The position numbers and the translations under genes were made by a program. 64,000 nt of DNA from the NCBI GenBank assembly GCA_043805735.1, contig JAZDHS010000024.1, positions 2,792 through 66,791 of the forward strand, in the 5' to 3' direction. This DNA comes from Candidatus Omnitrophota bacterium (GTDB taxonomy: Bacteria > Omnitrophota > Gorgyraeia > JAFGHF01). Shown piece by piece: positions 18,845 through 28,090 of the stretch. Below the pieces are notes generated by a model, which was not told where the DNA came from, ran no database searches, and saw nothing but the letters and a program-made list of their open reading frames with translations. Positions within the stretch are counted from its first letter, which is position 1. Each line of letters starts with the position of its first letter.

Positions 18845-20029
18845 ATGGACGAAGCTAATAGAATGAAAAGATTACCACTGTATCTTTTTACCATTCTTGA
18901 CCATCTTAAAGAAGAGGCAAAAAGTAAAGGCTTGGAAATGGTCGATCTGGGGATGGGCAATCCCGATCTGCCCACACCGAAACATATCATCGATGAACTC
19001 TGTGAGCAGGCCCGTAAACCGGAGAACCACGGTTATCCCCGGCCAAACGAGCCGGCGGAGAAAAAATTAAAACTAGCGATTGCCAACTGGTATAAAGAAC
19101 GTTTTAACGTTGACTTAGACCCACAAACAGAGGTCCTGCCTTTAATCGGTTCCAAAGAAGGCGTGGCTCATCTTTCGCTGGCATTCCTCAATCACGACGA
19201 CATGGCCCTCGTACCCAGTCCAGGATATCCGGTGCACTTTAACGGGGTAGTGATGGCCGGTGGCATCCTTTATAATATCCCGATGACCGAAGAAAATGAT
19301 TTTAAGCCGGATTTAAAAAATATCAGCAAGAGCGTAATCAATATGTCGAAAATGCTTTTCATCAGCTATCCGCATAACCCGACCGGCGCGGTGGTTGACC
19401 TGGATTTTTATAACGAGGTGGCTCATTGGTCAAAGAACAAAGATATTATTATCGCCAGTGACGTGGCCTATTCGGACATCGTCTTTGACGGCTATAAGGC
19501 ACCGAGCATGCTGCAGGTAAAAGGTATTAAAGATAAGGTCATTGAATTCCACACGCTCTCTAAATCTTACAATATGGCCGGCTGGAGGATCGGGTTTGCT
19601 GTCGGCTCAAAAGCGATTATCACCTCGCTGGCAAAAACCAAAAGTTATATCGATTTCGGCATCTTTCCGCCGATTCAATACGCGGCCATCAAGGCCTTAA
19701 GCGGCCCACAGGATTGCGTGAAGCAATTAGTGGAAATCTACAAAAAGAGAATGGATGTATTTGTCGATGGCCTAAACGGCATCGGCTGGAACGTCAAAAA
19801 ACCCAAAGCCACTTTTTATGTCTGGGCGCGGATTCCTTTAAAATATGACGCCCTCACTTCGATGGAATTTGCCGAGCTTTTAGTCAACGAGGCCGGGGTA
19901 GTCGCGGCTCCCGGCATCGGTTTTGGCGAATACGGTGAAGGTTATGTGCGTTTTGCACTCATCGAAGAAGAAAAGAAACTTAAATTGGCCTGCGAACGGA
20001 TCAAAAAAGTATTGGCTATGAGAAGCTAG
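18845..20029 (+). CDS. PLP-dependent aminotransferase class I/II (LL-DAP/alanine aminotransferase-like)
   Basis: 394 aa; SKSYNMAGWRIGF PLP-Lys motif. Confidence 0.7.
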   Translation: MDEANRMKRLPLYLFTILDHLKEEAKSKGLEMVDLGMGNPDLPTPKHIIDELCEQARKPENHGYPRPNEPAEKKLKLAIANWYKERFNVDLDPQTEVLPLIGSKEGVAHLSLAFLNHDDMALVPSPGYPVHFNGVVMAGGILYNIPMTEENDFKPDLKNISKSVINMSKMLFISYPHNPTGAVVDLDFYNEVAHWSKNKDIIIASDVAYSDIVFDGYKAPSMLQVKGIKDKVIEFHTLSKSYNMAGWRIGFAVGSKAIITSLAKTKSYIDFGIFPPIQYAAIKALSGPQDCVKQLVEIYKKRMDVFVDGLNGIGWNVKKPKATFYVWARIPLKYDALTSMEFAELLVNEAGVVAAPGIGFGEYGEGYVRFALIEEEKKLKLACERIKKVLAMRS

Positions 20030-20054
20030 GTCATATTTGGGCTTGTTTTTTTCA

Positions 20055-20083
20055 TTGACAAGTCTAACAAAGTATAGTAAAAT
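20055..20083 (+). promoter_or_regulatory. Sigma70-like promoter TTGACA-17-TAAAAT
   Basis: Hexamers and spacing read directly; ~120 nt upstream of diguanylate cyclase ATG. Confidence 0.45.
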
Positions 20084-20205
20084 CGACAAAACTGTAAATG
20101 CAGGGGACCGATCAGTAATTTAAGCACAGGGGTGGCAGGGGAAAAGCGCATCCCTATTTTTTTTAGTTTATTGTAAATAAATTTAAAAACAAATTTATTA
20201 AGCGC

Positions 20206-21420
20206 ATGAAAAAAACATTTTTAGATTTACGCATTGTAGTGCTGGCTGTGGGGCTAATTGGATTAGTGGTCCTTAGACAACTGATCCAGTCCTTTGGCGT
20301 TTCTTTAGGTTATCTTTATATTACCCTGATTTCTTTGGCCGGGTTTTGGTTTGGCGTAAGGGGGGGGCTAATCGCCGCGCTAGTCGCCGCTTTAATCTGT
20401 ATATTGGAGCTTAGCCACTTTAGTTATTGGCAAAACAGAAGCATCGCGATGATGGGAATGTCTTTACGTATCCTGGTTTATATTCTAACAGGCCTCTCCA
20501 TCGGCTATTTTGCCACTGAGGAAAAAAAGCTAAAAGAAAAACTGCAGGCCCTTTCTCAATTTGACGAGCTCACCGGATGCGTAAATTACCGTTGGGCAAT
20601 GAAGTTATTGGAGAACGAAATCTTACGCGCCAAACGCTATCACAACGAAATGTCGGTGGTGCTGATCGACCTCGATCATTTCAAAAAAGTGAATGATACT
20701 TACGGCCATCTCGTCGGTAACGACGTACTTAGGATTTTCGCCCAAGTTTTGGCGCAAAGCGTGCGCAATGTAGACACCGTTTGCAGATACGGGGGGGAGG
20801 AATTTTTACTTATCCTTCCCGAGGCTAGTTTGCAACAGGCAGCGTTTGTCCTACAGCGAATTAAATCAAAACTTGCCCAAACAAAAATTACCTCCACTTT
20901 CTTAAAGGCTGAAAAGTCTCTGGGCATCACCTTTAGCGCCGGCGGCGCGGCATTTCCTTTAAACGGCGATAAACTCGAGAGCCTAATTCATATTGCCGAC
21001 ACCGCACTGTATCAGGCCAAACAATCGGGAAGAAACCGCTCTATCGTTGATCGGCGCCGATGGGCGAGGGTTAAACCGCCGGGTGATTTTAAACTCGAAA
21101 TCACCCAGTTGTCGACTAGTGATTTTCAGCGCTTTGAGATTGAAAATATTGGTGTTGGAGGCATGCTGATTCTTTTCCCCCAGGCAGTAAGCTACGCCCG
21201 CAATGTGCTCGTTCTTTTTCCCCAACGTTTCCCATATGTGAATTTTTCCTCAACGCTGAATATTCCCGGAAAAACCTACTCTTACGATGTTCAGTGTAAG
21301 GTAATCCATCAGTCTAAACAAGACCAAAGCTGGCACCGCGTCGGAGTGCAATTTTTGGACTTAGCCAAGGACAGAGAAGAAAAGCTCGCCCATTATTTAC
21401 AAAGTCAGGAAGTCAATTAG
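20206..21420 (+). CDS. Membrane-anchored diguanylate cyclase (GGDEF; GGEEF active site) with C-terminal PilZ-like region
   Basis: N-terminal TM segments; RYGGEEF; C-terminal ~110 aa beta-rich domain. Confidence 0.75.
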   Translation: MKKTFLDLRIVVLAVGLIGLVVLRQLIQSFGVSLGYLYITLISLAGFWFGVRGGLIAALVAALICILELSHFSYWQNRSIAMMGMSLRILVYILTGLSIGYFATEEKKLKEKLQALSQFDELTGCVNYRWAMKLLENEILRAKRYHNEMSVVLIDLDHFKKVNDTYGHLVGNDVLRIFAQVLAQSVRNVDTVCRYGGEEFLLILPEASLQQAAFVLQRIKSKLAQTKITSTFLKAEKSLGITFSAGGAAFPLNGDKLESLIHIADTALYQAKQSGRNRSIVDRRRWARVKPPGDFKLEITQLSTSDFQRFEIENIGVGGMLILFPQAVSYARNVLVLFPQRFPYVNFSSTLNIPGKTYSYDVQCKVIHQSKQDQSWHRVGVQFLDLAKDREEKLAHYLQSQEVN

Positions 21421-21440
21421 GCCTTTTAAGTGCTTTTACG

Positions 21441-21473
21441 GCCTCAAGATTATACTTGAGGCTTTTTTATTTT
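21441..21473 (+). terminator. Rho-independent terminator GCCTCAAG-attata-CTTGAGGC + TTTTTTATTTT
   Basis: 8-bp perfect stem plus U-tract 20 nt after DGC stop. Confidence 0.8.
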
Positions 21474-21484
21474 GGCAGTATAAT
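21456..21484 (+). promoter_or_regulatory. Candidate promoter TTGAGG-17-TATAAT for marC-family gene (overlaps terminator 3' arm)
   Basis: Hexamers read directly; AAAGGAG SD follows. Confidence 0.35.
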
Positions 21485-21512
21485 ACAATTCGGGAAAGGA
21501 GCGAAGTTGGCC

Positions 21513-22100
21513 ATGTGGAAAGAGTTCTTGCTTGTCTTTATTCCGTTATTCGTAGCCGTAGATGCCATCGGCGTACTGCCGATATTTATCTCGCTTACCC
21601 AAGGGTACGGTAAAAGAGAAAAAAATAGGATTATCATACAATCGATTTTTACTGCGCTTTGCCTAGCAATTGCTTTTCTATTTCTGGGTAAGGCGGTCTT
21701 TCGCTTCCTCAATATCACGATCGGTGATTTCTTAGTCGCCGGAGGGATCCTGCTTTTCTGCATCGCCATCCTCGACATCGTCAATCCCACTAAACAACGC
21801 CGGATACCCACCCAGGAAATTGCCAGCGTACCTTTGGGGACACCCTTAATCGTTGGTCCAGCGGTGTTAACCACTTCGCTGATCATGCTGCAGCAGCACG
21901 GCTTAGTTCTAACGCTGGGAGCAGTTTTAGCTAACGTGCTCCTTGGTGCACTAATCTTTTCGCTCTCAGGAGTAATTATCAAAACAATCGGCGAGTCCGG
22001 CACACGCGCTCTTTCCAAGATTGCGGCCTTATTTTTATCCGCCATAGCCGTAATGATGGTGCGCAAAGGAATCATCTTTTTACTCGCCCTCCGCGTATAA
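21513..22100 (+). CDS. MarC-family (UPF0056) integral membrane protein
   Basis: MWKEFLLVFIPLFVAVDAIGVLPIFISLT... typical MarC N-terminus; 6 TM. Confidence 0.7.
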   Translation: MWKEFLLVFIPLFVAVDAIGVLPIFISLTQGYGKREKNRIIIQSIFTALCLAIAFLFLGKAVFRFLNITIGDFLVAGGILLFCIAILDIVNPTKQRRIPTQEIASVPLGTPLIVGPAVLTTSLIMLQQHGLVLTLGAVLANVLLGALIFSLSGVIIKTIGESGTRALSKIAALFLSAIAVMMVRKGIIFLLALRV

Positions 22101-22133
22101 CCAGCCCGAAACACTACCAATCGGCATTAACGC

Positions 22134-22165
22134 TTGACAAAGTAGAATGAAACAGGTATTCTACT
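22134..22165 (+). promoter_or_regulatory. Promoter TTGACA-17-TATTCT containing perfect palindrome AGTAGAAT-n9-ATTCTACT (22141-22165), candidate operator
   Basis: Seen directly; palindrome spans spacer and -10. Confidence 0.45.
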
Positions 22166-22187
22166 TTAACTATCACGAGGAAAACCG

Positions 22188-22844
22188 ATGAGCGACGTAA
22201 AGACAAAATCGCTATCTGCGCTGGAACAAAAAATGCAGGGTTTAAGCAGTGACTCACTGCGTTACCAAATTCTTAACCATACCAAGCATTTTAAGACCTC
22301 CTGGGTAGAACTGGGCCAGGCCCTTTATTCAGCGTGGAAAGATAAGCTCTATAAGGAGTGGGGTTTTAGCACCTTCGAGGCCTATACGGCGAAAGAAATC
22401 GGTATCCGTTCACAAACCGCGCTCAAACTTTTGCGTTCGTATTATTTTCTGGAAAAGGAAGAACCGCGATTACTGCGTAAAGAATATGCCGATCAGGCCC
22501 AGGCCTCGAGCATGCCGACGTTGGACTCAATCGATACCTTAAGGTTGGCTCAAAAAAAGAGCTTGGACAAGGAAGATTTTTTACGGATTAAAAATAATGT
22601 GCTCGAAAAGGGCAAAGATGCCAAAGAGATCAAAAAAGACTTAACCCTCTTAATGCAGCAAAGGCAAGAACTGGAGCCGGAAGAAGCGCGGCAAAAAAGG
22701 AAACTCACCCAGTTACGACGGTTGATTAGTGTTTTAACATCGCTGCGCGAGGAAATAGCGGTTGCCAAGGCTCTACCCGCAGCGATGATTAAAGAGATCG
22801 ACAAGTTAATCCGCAATCTAACCGAACAAATGCCACAACCATAA
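22188..22844 (+). CDS. Hypothetical protein, N-terminal HTH-like domain plus C-terminal coiled coil
   Basis: 218 aa; no confident family; K/E/Q-rich heptad-like C-terminus. Confidence 0.4.
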   Translation: MSDVKTKSLSALEQKMQGLSSDSLRYQILNHTKHFKTSWVELGQALYSAWKDKLYKEWGFSTFEAYTAKEIGIRSQTALKLLRSYYFLEKEEPRLLRKEYADQAQASSMPTLDSIDTLRLAQKKSLDKEDFLRIKNNVLEKGKDAKEIKKDLTLLMQQRQELEPEEARQKRKLTQLRRLISVLTSLREEIAVAKALPAAMIKEIDKLIRNLTEQMPQP

Positions 22845-22863
22845 AGGCGAAGGGAGGAAGCAA

Positions 22864-23100
22864 ATGCCTTACGACAGCAGCATGGATCAATCGTTATATT
22901 CAAAATCATGGGAAAACGATACCGGCCGGCTCACGGTCAGCGTCTTTTCCTATAATAAAGGGCAAAAAAAAATACAGCTTTCCCGCGAAAATAGGGATCC
23001 GCAAGGGGAATTTCGTTTTGCTAAGTTGGGAAGACTGACCAAGGAAGAAATAACGGCAATTATACCCTTCATTCAAGACGCAGTAAAGATGATGGATTAA
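22864..23100 (+). CDS. Small PC4-like (transcriptional coactivator p15 fold) ssDNA-binding protein
   Basis: 78 aa; LTVSVFSYNKGQKKIQLSRENRDPQGEFRFAKLGRLTKEEITAIIPFIQDAV resembles PC4 core; GGAGG SD. Confidence 0.45.
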   Translation: MPYDSSMDQSLYSKSWENDTGRLTVSVFSYNKGQKKIQLSRENRDPQGEFRFAKLGRLTKEEITAIIPFIQDAVKMMD

Positions 23101-23109
23101 TGAGGAGCT

Positions 23110-24507
23110 TCAGGTAAGATAGACCTGTTGATTTCTCTTGGGGATAACAACGGGGATATTCAGTGATTTTATCGCACTACGTAAGTCATCTGACTGTTCA
23201 AGCTCGCCGTGGACAATAAAGACTTTCTTCAGCTTTCCCCGGCACTCCTTGACGTAACGAATTAAATCATACCGATCGGCATGCGCGCTAAAGGCATCTA
23301 AAATCGCAATTTCCGCCTTTACGTGGTAAGGCCTACCGAAAATATTGACCATCGGGCTATGCTCGATGAGTTTCCTGCCTAATGTGTCTTTCGGCATAAA
23401 CCCGACAATGACAATCGTGTTATAGGGGTTTTCGATATTATTCTTGAGATGGTGCAGGATCCTACCGTTTTCGCATGATCCGGCAGCGGAAATAATAATC
23501 ATCGGCCCGGACTTGTCATTGAGTTTCTTGGAAAGATTAACGTTACTGATATAAGTAATATTTTTGTGCTCCAGGGGGCTTAATTGCTGTTTAAACAGCT
23601 CCTGGGTCTGACTGTCAAAATATTCCCAGCTATTTTGAAACACTTTGGTAATATTTACGGCTAAAGGGCTATCTAAGTAAATCGGAATATCTTTGATCTT
23701 TTTTTGCCGCATCAGCCGAGAAAGAAAAAAAAGCACTTCCTGAGCCCGCTCGAGTGCAAAAGAGGGGATAATAATCTTACCTCCGCGCTTTACCGTGCGA
23801 TTAATTATCTTAGCAAGGCGCTCCTCCAGGGTGTCAATGTCGGAATGCGTCCGGCCACCATAGGTACTTTCGATAATCAAATAGTCGACGCCCTTAGGAG
23901 CTTCCGGGCTCTTGAGGAAGGGTAAACGGGGGCGGCCTAAATCTACAGCATAGGCAATTCTGCTCACGCCGCGTTTAGTATAAATATCGAAGGTGGGGAT
24001 AGAAGAACCCAAAATATGCCCGGCATTAAAAAAAGTTAATTCACTATCCTTAGCCAGGCTAAGTTTACGGTGATATTCCAAGGTCCGTAAATATTTGAGG
24101 GACTTTTCGGCTTCACTTTGGTCGTAAAGGGCAAAACGTTCAGGCAGGCCTCTTCTTTTATTGATTTTATTGACGTACTTTACGTCTTCCTCTTGGACAT
24201 AACCGCTGTCCGGTAAAATATATTTGCAGAGGTCGCGAGTGGATGGGGTAAGGTAGGCCTTGCCTTTAAAGCCTTGCTTGACCAGGGTAGGAAAATTGCC
24301 GCAATGGTCAATATGGGCGTGGGAGATCACGCAACAATCAAGCTCGGCAGGGTTAAAAGGAAAACGGGCGTTAACCGTATAAAATTCGTCTCGGTGCCCC
24401 TGGAATAAACCGACATCGATTAAAATTCGCGTGTTCTCGGTGGTCAATAGGTGCATTGAACCGGTTACAGTTTCCGTACCACCACAAAACTGGATCATTG
24501 TTGCCAT
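23110..24507 (-). CDS. Beta-CASP family MBL-fold ribonuclease (RNase J/CPSF-like)
   Basis: 465 aa; HAHIDHCG metallo-beta-lactamase motif, beta-CASP region. Confidence 0.75.
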   Translation of the reverse strand: MATMIQFCGGTETVTGSMHLLTTENTRILIDVGLFQGHRDEFYTVNARFPFNPAELDCCVISHAHIDHCGNFPTLVKQGFKGKAYLTPSTRDLCKYILPDSGYVQEEDVKYVNKINKRRGLPERFALYDQSEAEKSLKYLRTLEYHRKLSLAKDSELTFFNAGHILGSSIPTFDIYTKRGVSRIAYAVDLGRPRLPFLKSPEAPKGVDYLIIESTYGGRTHSDIDTLEERLAKIINRTVKRGGKIIIPSFALERAQEVLFFLSRLMRQKKIKDIPIYLDSPLAVNITKVFQNSWEYFDSQTQELFKQQLSPLEHKNITYISNVNLSKKLNDKSGPMIIISAAGSCENGRILHHLKNNIENPYNTIVIVGFMPKDTLGRKLIEHSPMVNIFGRPYHVKAEIAILDAFSAHADRYDLIRYVKECRGKLKKVFIVHGELEQSDDLRSAIKSLNIPVVIPKRNQQVYLT

Positions 24508-24602
24508 AATAGCTTAATATGATAGTATAAATTGAAAAATTTTGCAATAGAAATTTAGTTTGATCTATGCTATATTATTCTCATAATTAAGGAGCGCTTA
24601 AG

Positions 24603-24767
24603 GTGGATAAAGTTCCGGTTCAGATTGATATTAAAAAAGTAACTAACAATCCTGATTTATTTGTGTTTACCGTGGCCACCCCAATGATTCGCTCTCAATT
24701 TCGCATTCCCCGCGCGATATTGAATCAATTACGCATCCTAATTGAGCGAGTGCTAACAAATAAATAA
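24603..24767 (+). CDS. Small hypothetical protein (54 aa, GTG start; not in ORF track)
   Basis: Manual translation VDKVPVQIDIKKVTNNPDLFVFTVATPMIRSQFRIPRAILNQLRILIERVLTNK*; AAGGAG SD 8 nt upstream; TTGATC-17-ATAATT upstream. Confidence 0.3.
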   Translation: MDKVPVQIDIKKVTNNPDLFVFTVATPMIRSQFRIPRAILNQLRILIERVLTNK

Positions 24768-24799
24768 TTGCGGCTACTACGTTTAACAAAGGAGCAGGC

Positions 24800-25027
24800 A
24801 TGAAAACATTAGTTATTTGTGTTTTCACCATAATTTTTTTGTCTTTTATTTTTGTCGAAAGCAATACCTGGCAGGCCGATGTCGTAAAAGAATACATCGG
24901 CAACGACGAATATATCGTCACTAAACACAGCCTTCACTGGGATCGATTTATCAATTATGTAATCGCTATCCCCTCCAAGATAGCGGAACAGGCGTCATCA
25001 TTATTTAAACAAGGGGGCCTTCGATGA
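24800..25027 (+). CDS. Small secreted/membrane hypothetical protein
   Basis: 75 aa; N-terminal hydrophobic signal; AAAGGAG SD. Confidence 0.4.
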   Translation: MKTLVICVFTIIFLSFIFVESNTWQADVVKEYIGNDEYIVTKHSLHWDRFINYVIAIPSKIAEQASSLFKQGGLR

Positions 25028-25377
25028 AACAATATACGGTAATACTTGCGCTGTTATCCTTTTTATTGCTGACGCTCTGCGGGTGCGCCACCATTAAAAC
25101 AACTTGCCAAACTAAAGACAATTTGACAAAGATTGAAATTGGGATGTCCAAGGGCGATTTAATCACCCTCATGGGCCAGCCCGAAGCTAGCGAGGAATTA
25201 GTTACTAAAGACGGCTCGCTTGTGGAGATTCTTAAATATCGCACCGGGTATAAACTGGAAGGCATTCCGATCTGGTGGCCATACACGCCGGTCTGCGTGC
25301 AAAACAAAGAAGTGATCGGCTGGGGCAGCAAGTTTTGTAAAAACAAAAAACGCGAGCTGGAGTTTATATTTCCCTAA
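25024..25377 (+). CDS. Putative lipoprotein
   Basis: 117 aa; signal peptide with LTLCGC lipobox-like motif. Confidence 0.5.
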   Translation: MKQYTVILALLSFLLLTLCGCATIKTTCQTKDNLTKIEIGMSKGDLITLMGQPEASEELVTKDGSLVEILKYRTGYKLEGIPIWWPYTPVCVQNKEVIGWGSKFCKNKKRELEFIFP

Positions 25378-25380
25378 TTA

Positions 25381-26523
25381 ATGGACAGAAGAAATATACT
25401 AATTGTGCACATCTCCAATATCTCCGGCCACCGTGGCGCGAGTATCGCAATTGAAAAAGCTTTGCGAGAAATCAATGCGCCGGCGCAGATCCAGAGTATC
25501 AACGGCTTTGGCTATACTAATCCTCGCGCCGAGAGAGTCATTAACGCCCTCTATATGCTGGTCATCCAGAAAATTCCCGCTTTTTGGGAATATCTCTATG
25601 ACAACGAACGCGTGTTAGAGCGGCTCAAGAAAACCCGGACCTGGATTCATAAACGCCAAGAAAATAAAATTGCCCGGTTATTGGAAGAATACGCGCCTGA
25701 TATTGTGGTCTGCACTCAAGCCTTTCCCTGCGGCATGATCGCCGATTACAAGTGCCGGCACAACCTGCGGATTCCCTTAATGGCAGTATTAACCGACTAT
25801 GCCCCACATGGATACTGGTTACATCAAGGCATCGACATTTATGTTGTTCCCAGCGAAGAGGTAAAATCCCGCTTCATTCAACGCGGAATTGCCCCCGATT
25901 GTCTGATGCCGATCGGTATCCCGGTTAGCCCGGAGTTTTTACAACACCACCAGCGCCCAGAAACCTTCCGGCGCTATAACCTGGCTCCGGAAATCCCCGT
26001 AGCCTTAGTGATGGGCGGAGGCCAGGGCCTGGGACCAATTAAAGAGGTAACAGGACAACTCAATCGCGTATCTAGCCCCTTACAAATAGCGGTTGTCTGC
26101 GGTACAAATAAAAGGCTCTTCCTCTGGCTGAAAAAACGGCAACGCCTTTTTTCTAAACTGACCGTGGTGATTGGGCAAACCGATAACAACGTCATCAGCG
26201 AGCTAATGGATATCGCCGCCTTTATTGTCACCAAGCCCGGCGGCTTAACCACGGCGGAGGCTCTAAGTAAATCTCTGCCGATGATTATTATTGATCCTCT
26301 TCCCGGGCAGGAAAAATTTAATACCCGTTTTCTTCTGGAAGGCAAGGCGGCATTAAAAGTAAATACCCCGCGTGAACTGGGCTCACTTGCAGAAAAGCTG
26401 TTAAAATATCCGCGAGCCCTGCAAGAACTGCGAATGAGAGCAAAGAATCTGGCTTGCCCAGACTCAGCGCTAAAAATCGCTCGGCTGATACTGCAAACCA
26501 TGCAAAGATACAACAAAAACTGA
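25381..26523 (+). CDS. MGDG-synthase-like glycosyltransferase (GT28-type C-terminus; diacylglycerol glycosyltransferase)
   Basis: 380 aa; N-terminal MGDG_synth-like domain, C-terminal GT-B domain. Confidence 0.7.
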   Translation: MDRRNILIVHISNISGHRGASIAIEKALREINAPAQIQSINGFGYTNPRAERVINALYMLVIQKIPAFWEYLYDNERVLERLKKTRTWIHKRQENKIARLLEEYAPDIVVCTQAFPCGMIADYKCRHNLRIPLMAVLTDYAPHGYWLHQGIDIYVVPSEEVKSRFIQRGIAPDCLMPIGIPVSPEFLQHHQRPETFRRYNLAPEIPVALVMGGGQGLGPIKEVTGQLNRVSSPLQIAVVCGTNKRLFLWLKKRQRLFSKLTVVIGQTDNNVISELMDIAAFIVTKPGGLTTAEALSKSLPMIIIDPLPGQEKFNTRFLLEGKAALKVNTPRELGSLAEKLLKYPRALQELRMRAKNLACPDSALKIARLILQTMQRYNKN

Positions 26524-26528
26524 CTCCG

Positions 26529-27416
26529 ATGCTTTACTATTTCTATAAATTCGCCGCGTTTTTAATCGGTATCTTGCCGATACGGGTAACTTATTTCCTG
26601 GCTGAACTTATTGCCAGCGGATATTTCTTTTTCGCCAAAAAAGACAAAATAAATCTGGCCCACAATCTGAGTGTCGTTTTAGAGTATACCCGCAATCCAC
26701 GCAATATCAACCGGGCCAGCCGGATGGTTTTTGTGAATTTTGCCTGGTATTTGGCTGAATTCCTACGCGCCGCAAAATTCGACCTTAATTACCTGCGCTC
26801 GCATGTAGAATTCCAGGGGAAAGAACATTTAGACCAGGCTTTAGAGCTTCGGAAAGGGGTAATCTTGGTCAGCGCGCATCTGGGAAACTGGGAATTAGGC
26901 AGCATGGTTGTCTCGATGTCGGGCTATCCGATGAATATTGTGGCTTGGACGCATAAGGATAAGAAAGTAAATAACTTCTTTATCCAACAGCGGCAAGAGA
27001 AGGGGGTCGCGGTAATTCCTTTGGGTGTAGCGGTAAGAAAGGTACTCACGGCATTAGCGGCTAATCAAGTAGTGGCTTTCGCCGGGGATATCGACTTTGC
27101 CAATCCCAAAGAGGGGATAAAAGTCAAACTTTTCGGTAAAGATACGCTGATGCCCAAAGGCCCAGCTACATTTAGTTTAAAAACCGGCGCGCCGCTGGTA
27201 CCGACTTTTATGATTAGAGAGCATCCGGATCGCTTTAGGCTGATTCTGCAAGCACCGATATTGCCGGAGAGTTCCGGCGACTCTGACGCTGATAGAATAC
27301 GGCTTACTGAAAAAATCGCGCAAAAGATGGAGGCGATGATTGCCCGCTATCCTGAACAATGGTTTATGCCTACCCCGCGTTGGCAAACGCCGCAAAATAG
27401 CAAGGCCGATCGATGA
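26529..27416 (+). CDS. LpxL/HtrB-family lipid A (lauroyl/myristoyl) acyltransferase
   Basis: N-terminal TM, HLGNWE acyltransferase motif; ATG 26529 right after upstream stop. Confidence 0.65.
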   Translation: MLYYFYKFAAFLIGILPIRVTYFLAELIASGYFFFAKKDKINLAHNLSVVLEYTRNPRNINRASRMVFVNFAWYLAEFLRAAKFDLNYLRSHVEFQGKEHLDQALELRKGVILVSAHLGNWELGSMVVSMSGYPMNIVAWTHKDKKVNNFFIQQRQEKGVAVIPLGVAVRKVLTALAANQVVAFAGDIDFANPKEGIKVKLFGKDTLMPKGPATFSLKTGAPLVPTFMIREHPDRFRLILQAPILPESSGDSDADRIRLTEKIAQKMEAMIARYPEQWFMPTPRWQTPQNSKADR

Positions 27417-28090
27417 ATATCTGCGTACTTATACCTTCATTTAACGAAGCTAAAACAATCGCCCAATTAGTAAAACGGGTGTTAGCGCAGCATTTAGTCG
27501 TCGTTGTCGTCGATGACGGCTCCGCGGATACTACGGCCGAAGTAGCCGCTGCCGCCGGGGCCGCTGTGCTTAAGCATCCGCACAATAAAGGTAAAGGCGC
27601 GGCTTTAAAAAACGGTTTCCGTTTTGCCTTAAACAAAAAATACGACGCCGTCATTACTATGGACGGCGATGACCAGCACAGCCCCGACGATATTGCACAC
27701 TTTATTCAAGCGGCTTTAACCTCTGACGCTGATATTATCGTCGGTAACCGGATGACTGCCAGCCGAAAAATGCCCAAGGTCCGCTGGCTAACCAATAAGG
27801 CGATGTCCTCTCTGGTATCGCTTATTTGCCGCAGGAAGATCCCCGACAGCCAATGCGGTTTTCGCTTGTTTAAACGCGCGGTTTTAGCCGAGATGAACCC
27901 CTTAAGCGATAACTACGAAATTGAAACCGAAATCCTGATTGAGGCTAGCCGCAAAGGCTTTAAAATTAGTTCTATTCCTATTCAAACCATTTATACTTCC
28001 AAGGTGGGCAGCATCAATCCAGTCATCGATACTATCCGCTTTATCCGATACCTGCTGAGAATGCTGTTTACGTTTAATCCTAACAAATGA
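27413..28090 (+). CDS. GT2 polyprenol-phosphate glycosyltransferase (DPM1-like)
   Basis: 225 aa; VVVVDDGSAD...DGDDQH motifs. Confidence 0.75.
   Translation: MNICVLIPSFNEAKTIAQLVKRVLAQHLVVVVVDDGSADTTAEVAAAAGAAVLKHPHNKGKGAALKNGFRFALNKKYDAVITMDGDDQHSPDDIAHFIQAALTSDADIIVGNRMTASRKMPKVRWLTNKAMSSLVSLICRRKIPDSQCGFRLFKRAVLAEMNPLSDNYEIETEILIEASRKGFKISSIPIQTIYTSKVGSINPVIDTIRFIRYLLRMLFTFNPNK

Noticed and set aside
20120-20165. Possible c-di-GMP (GEMM) riboswitch upstream of the diguanylate cyclase
   Set aside because: Only a short GCACAGGG match to the GEMM-I 5' region. It lacks the conserved GACGCAAAGCC/P2 elements and is too short. Retained only as an unexplained G-rich leader.
21467-22120. 217-aa minus-strand ORF
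   Set aside because: Completely overlaps the MarC-family gene on the opposite strand. The MarC call has a conserved N-terminus and TM pattern, and the antisense frame is R/P-rich.
25974-26516. 180-aa minus-strand ORF
   Set aside because: Antisense to the MGDG-synthase-like glycosyltransferase. Low-complexity R/S-rich.
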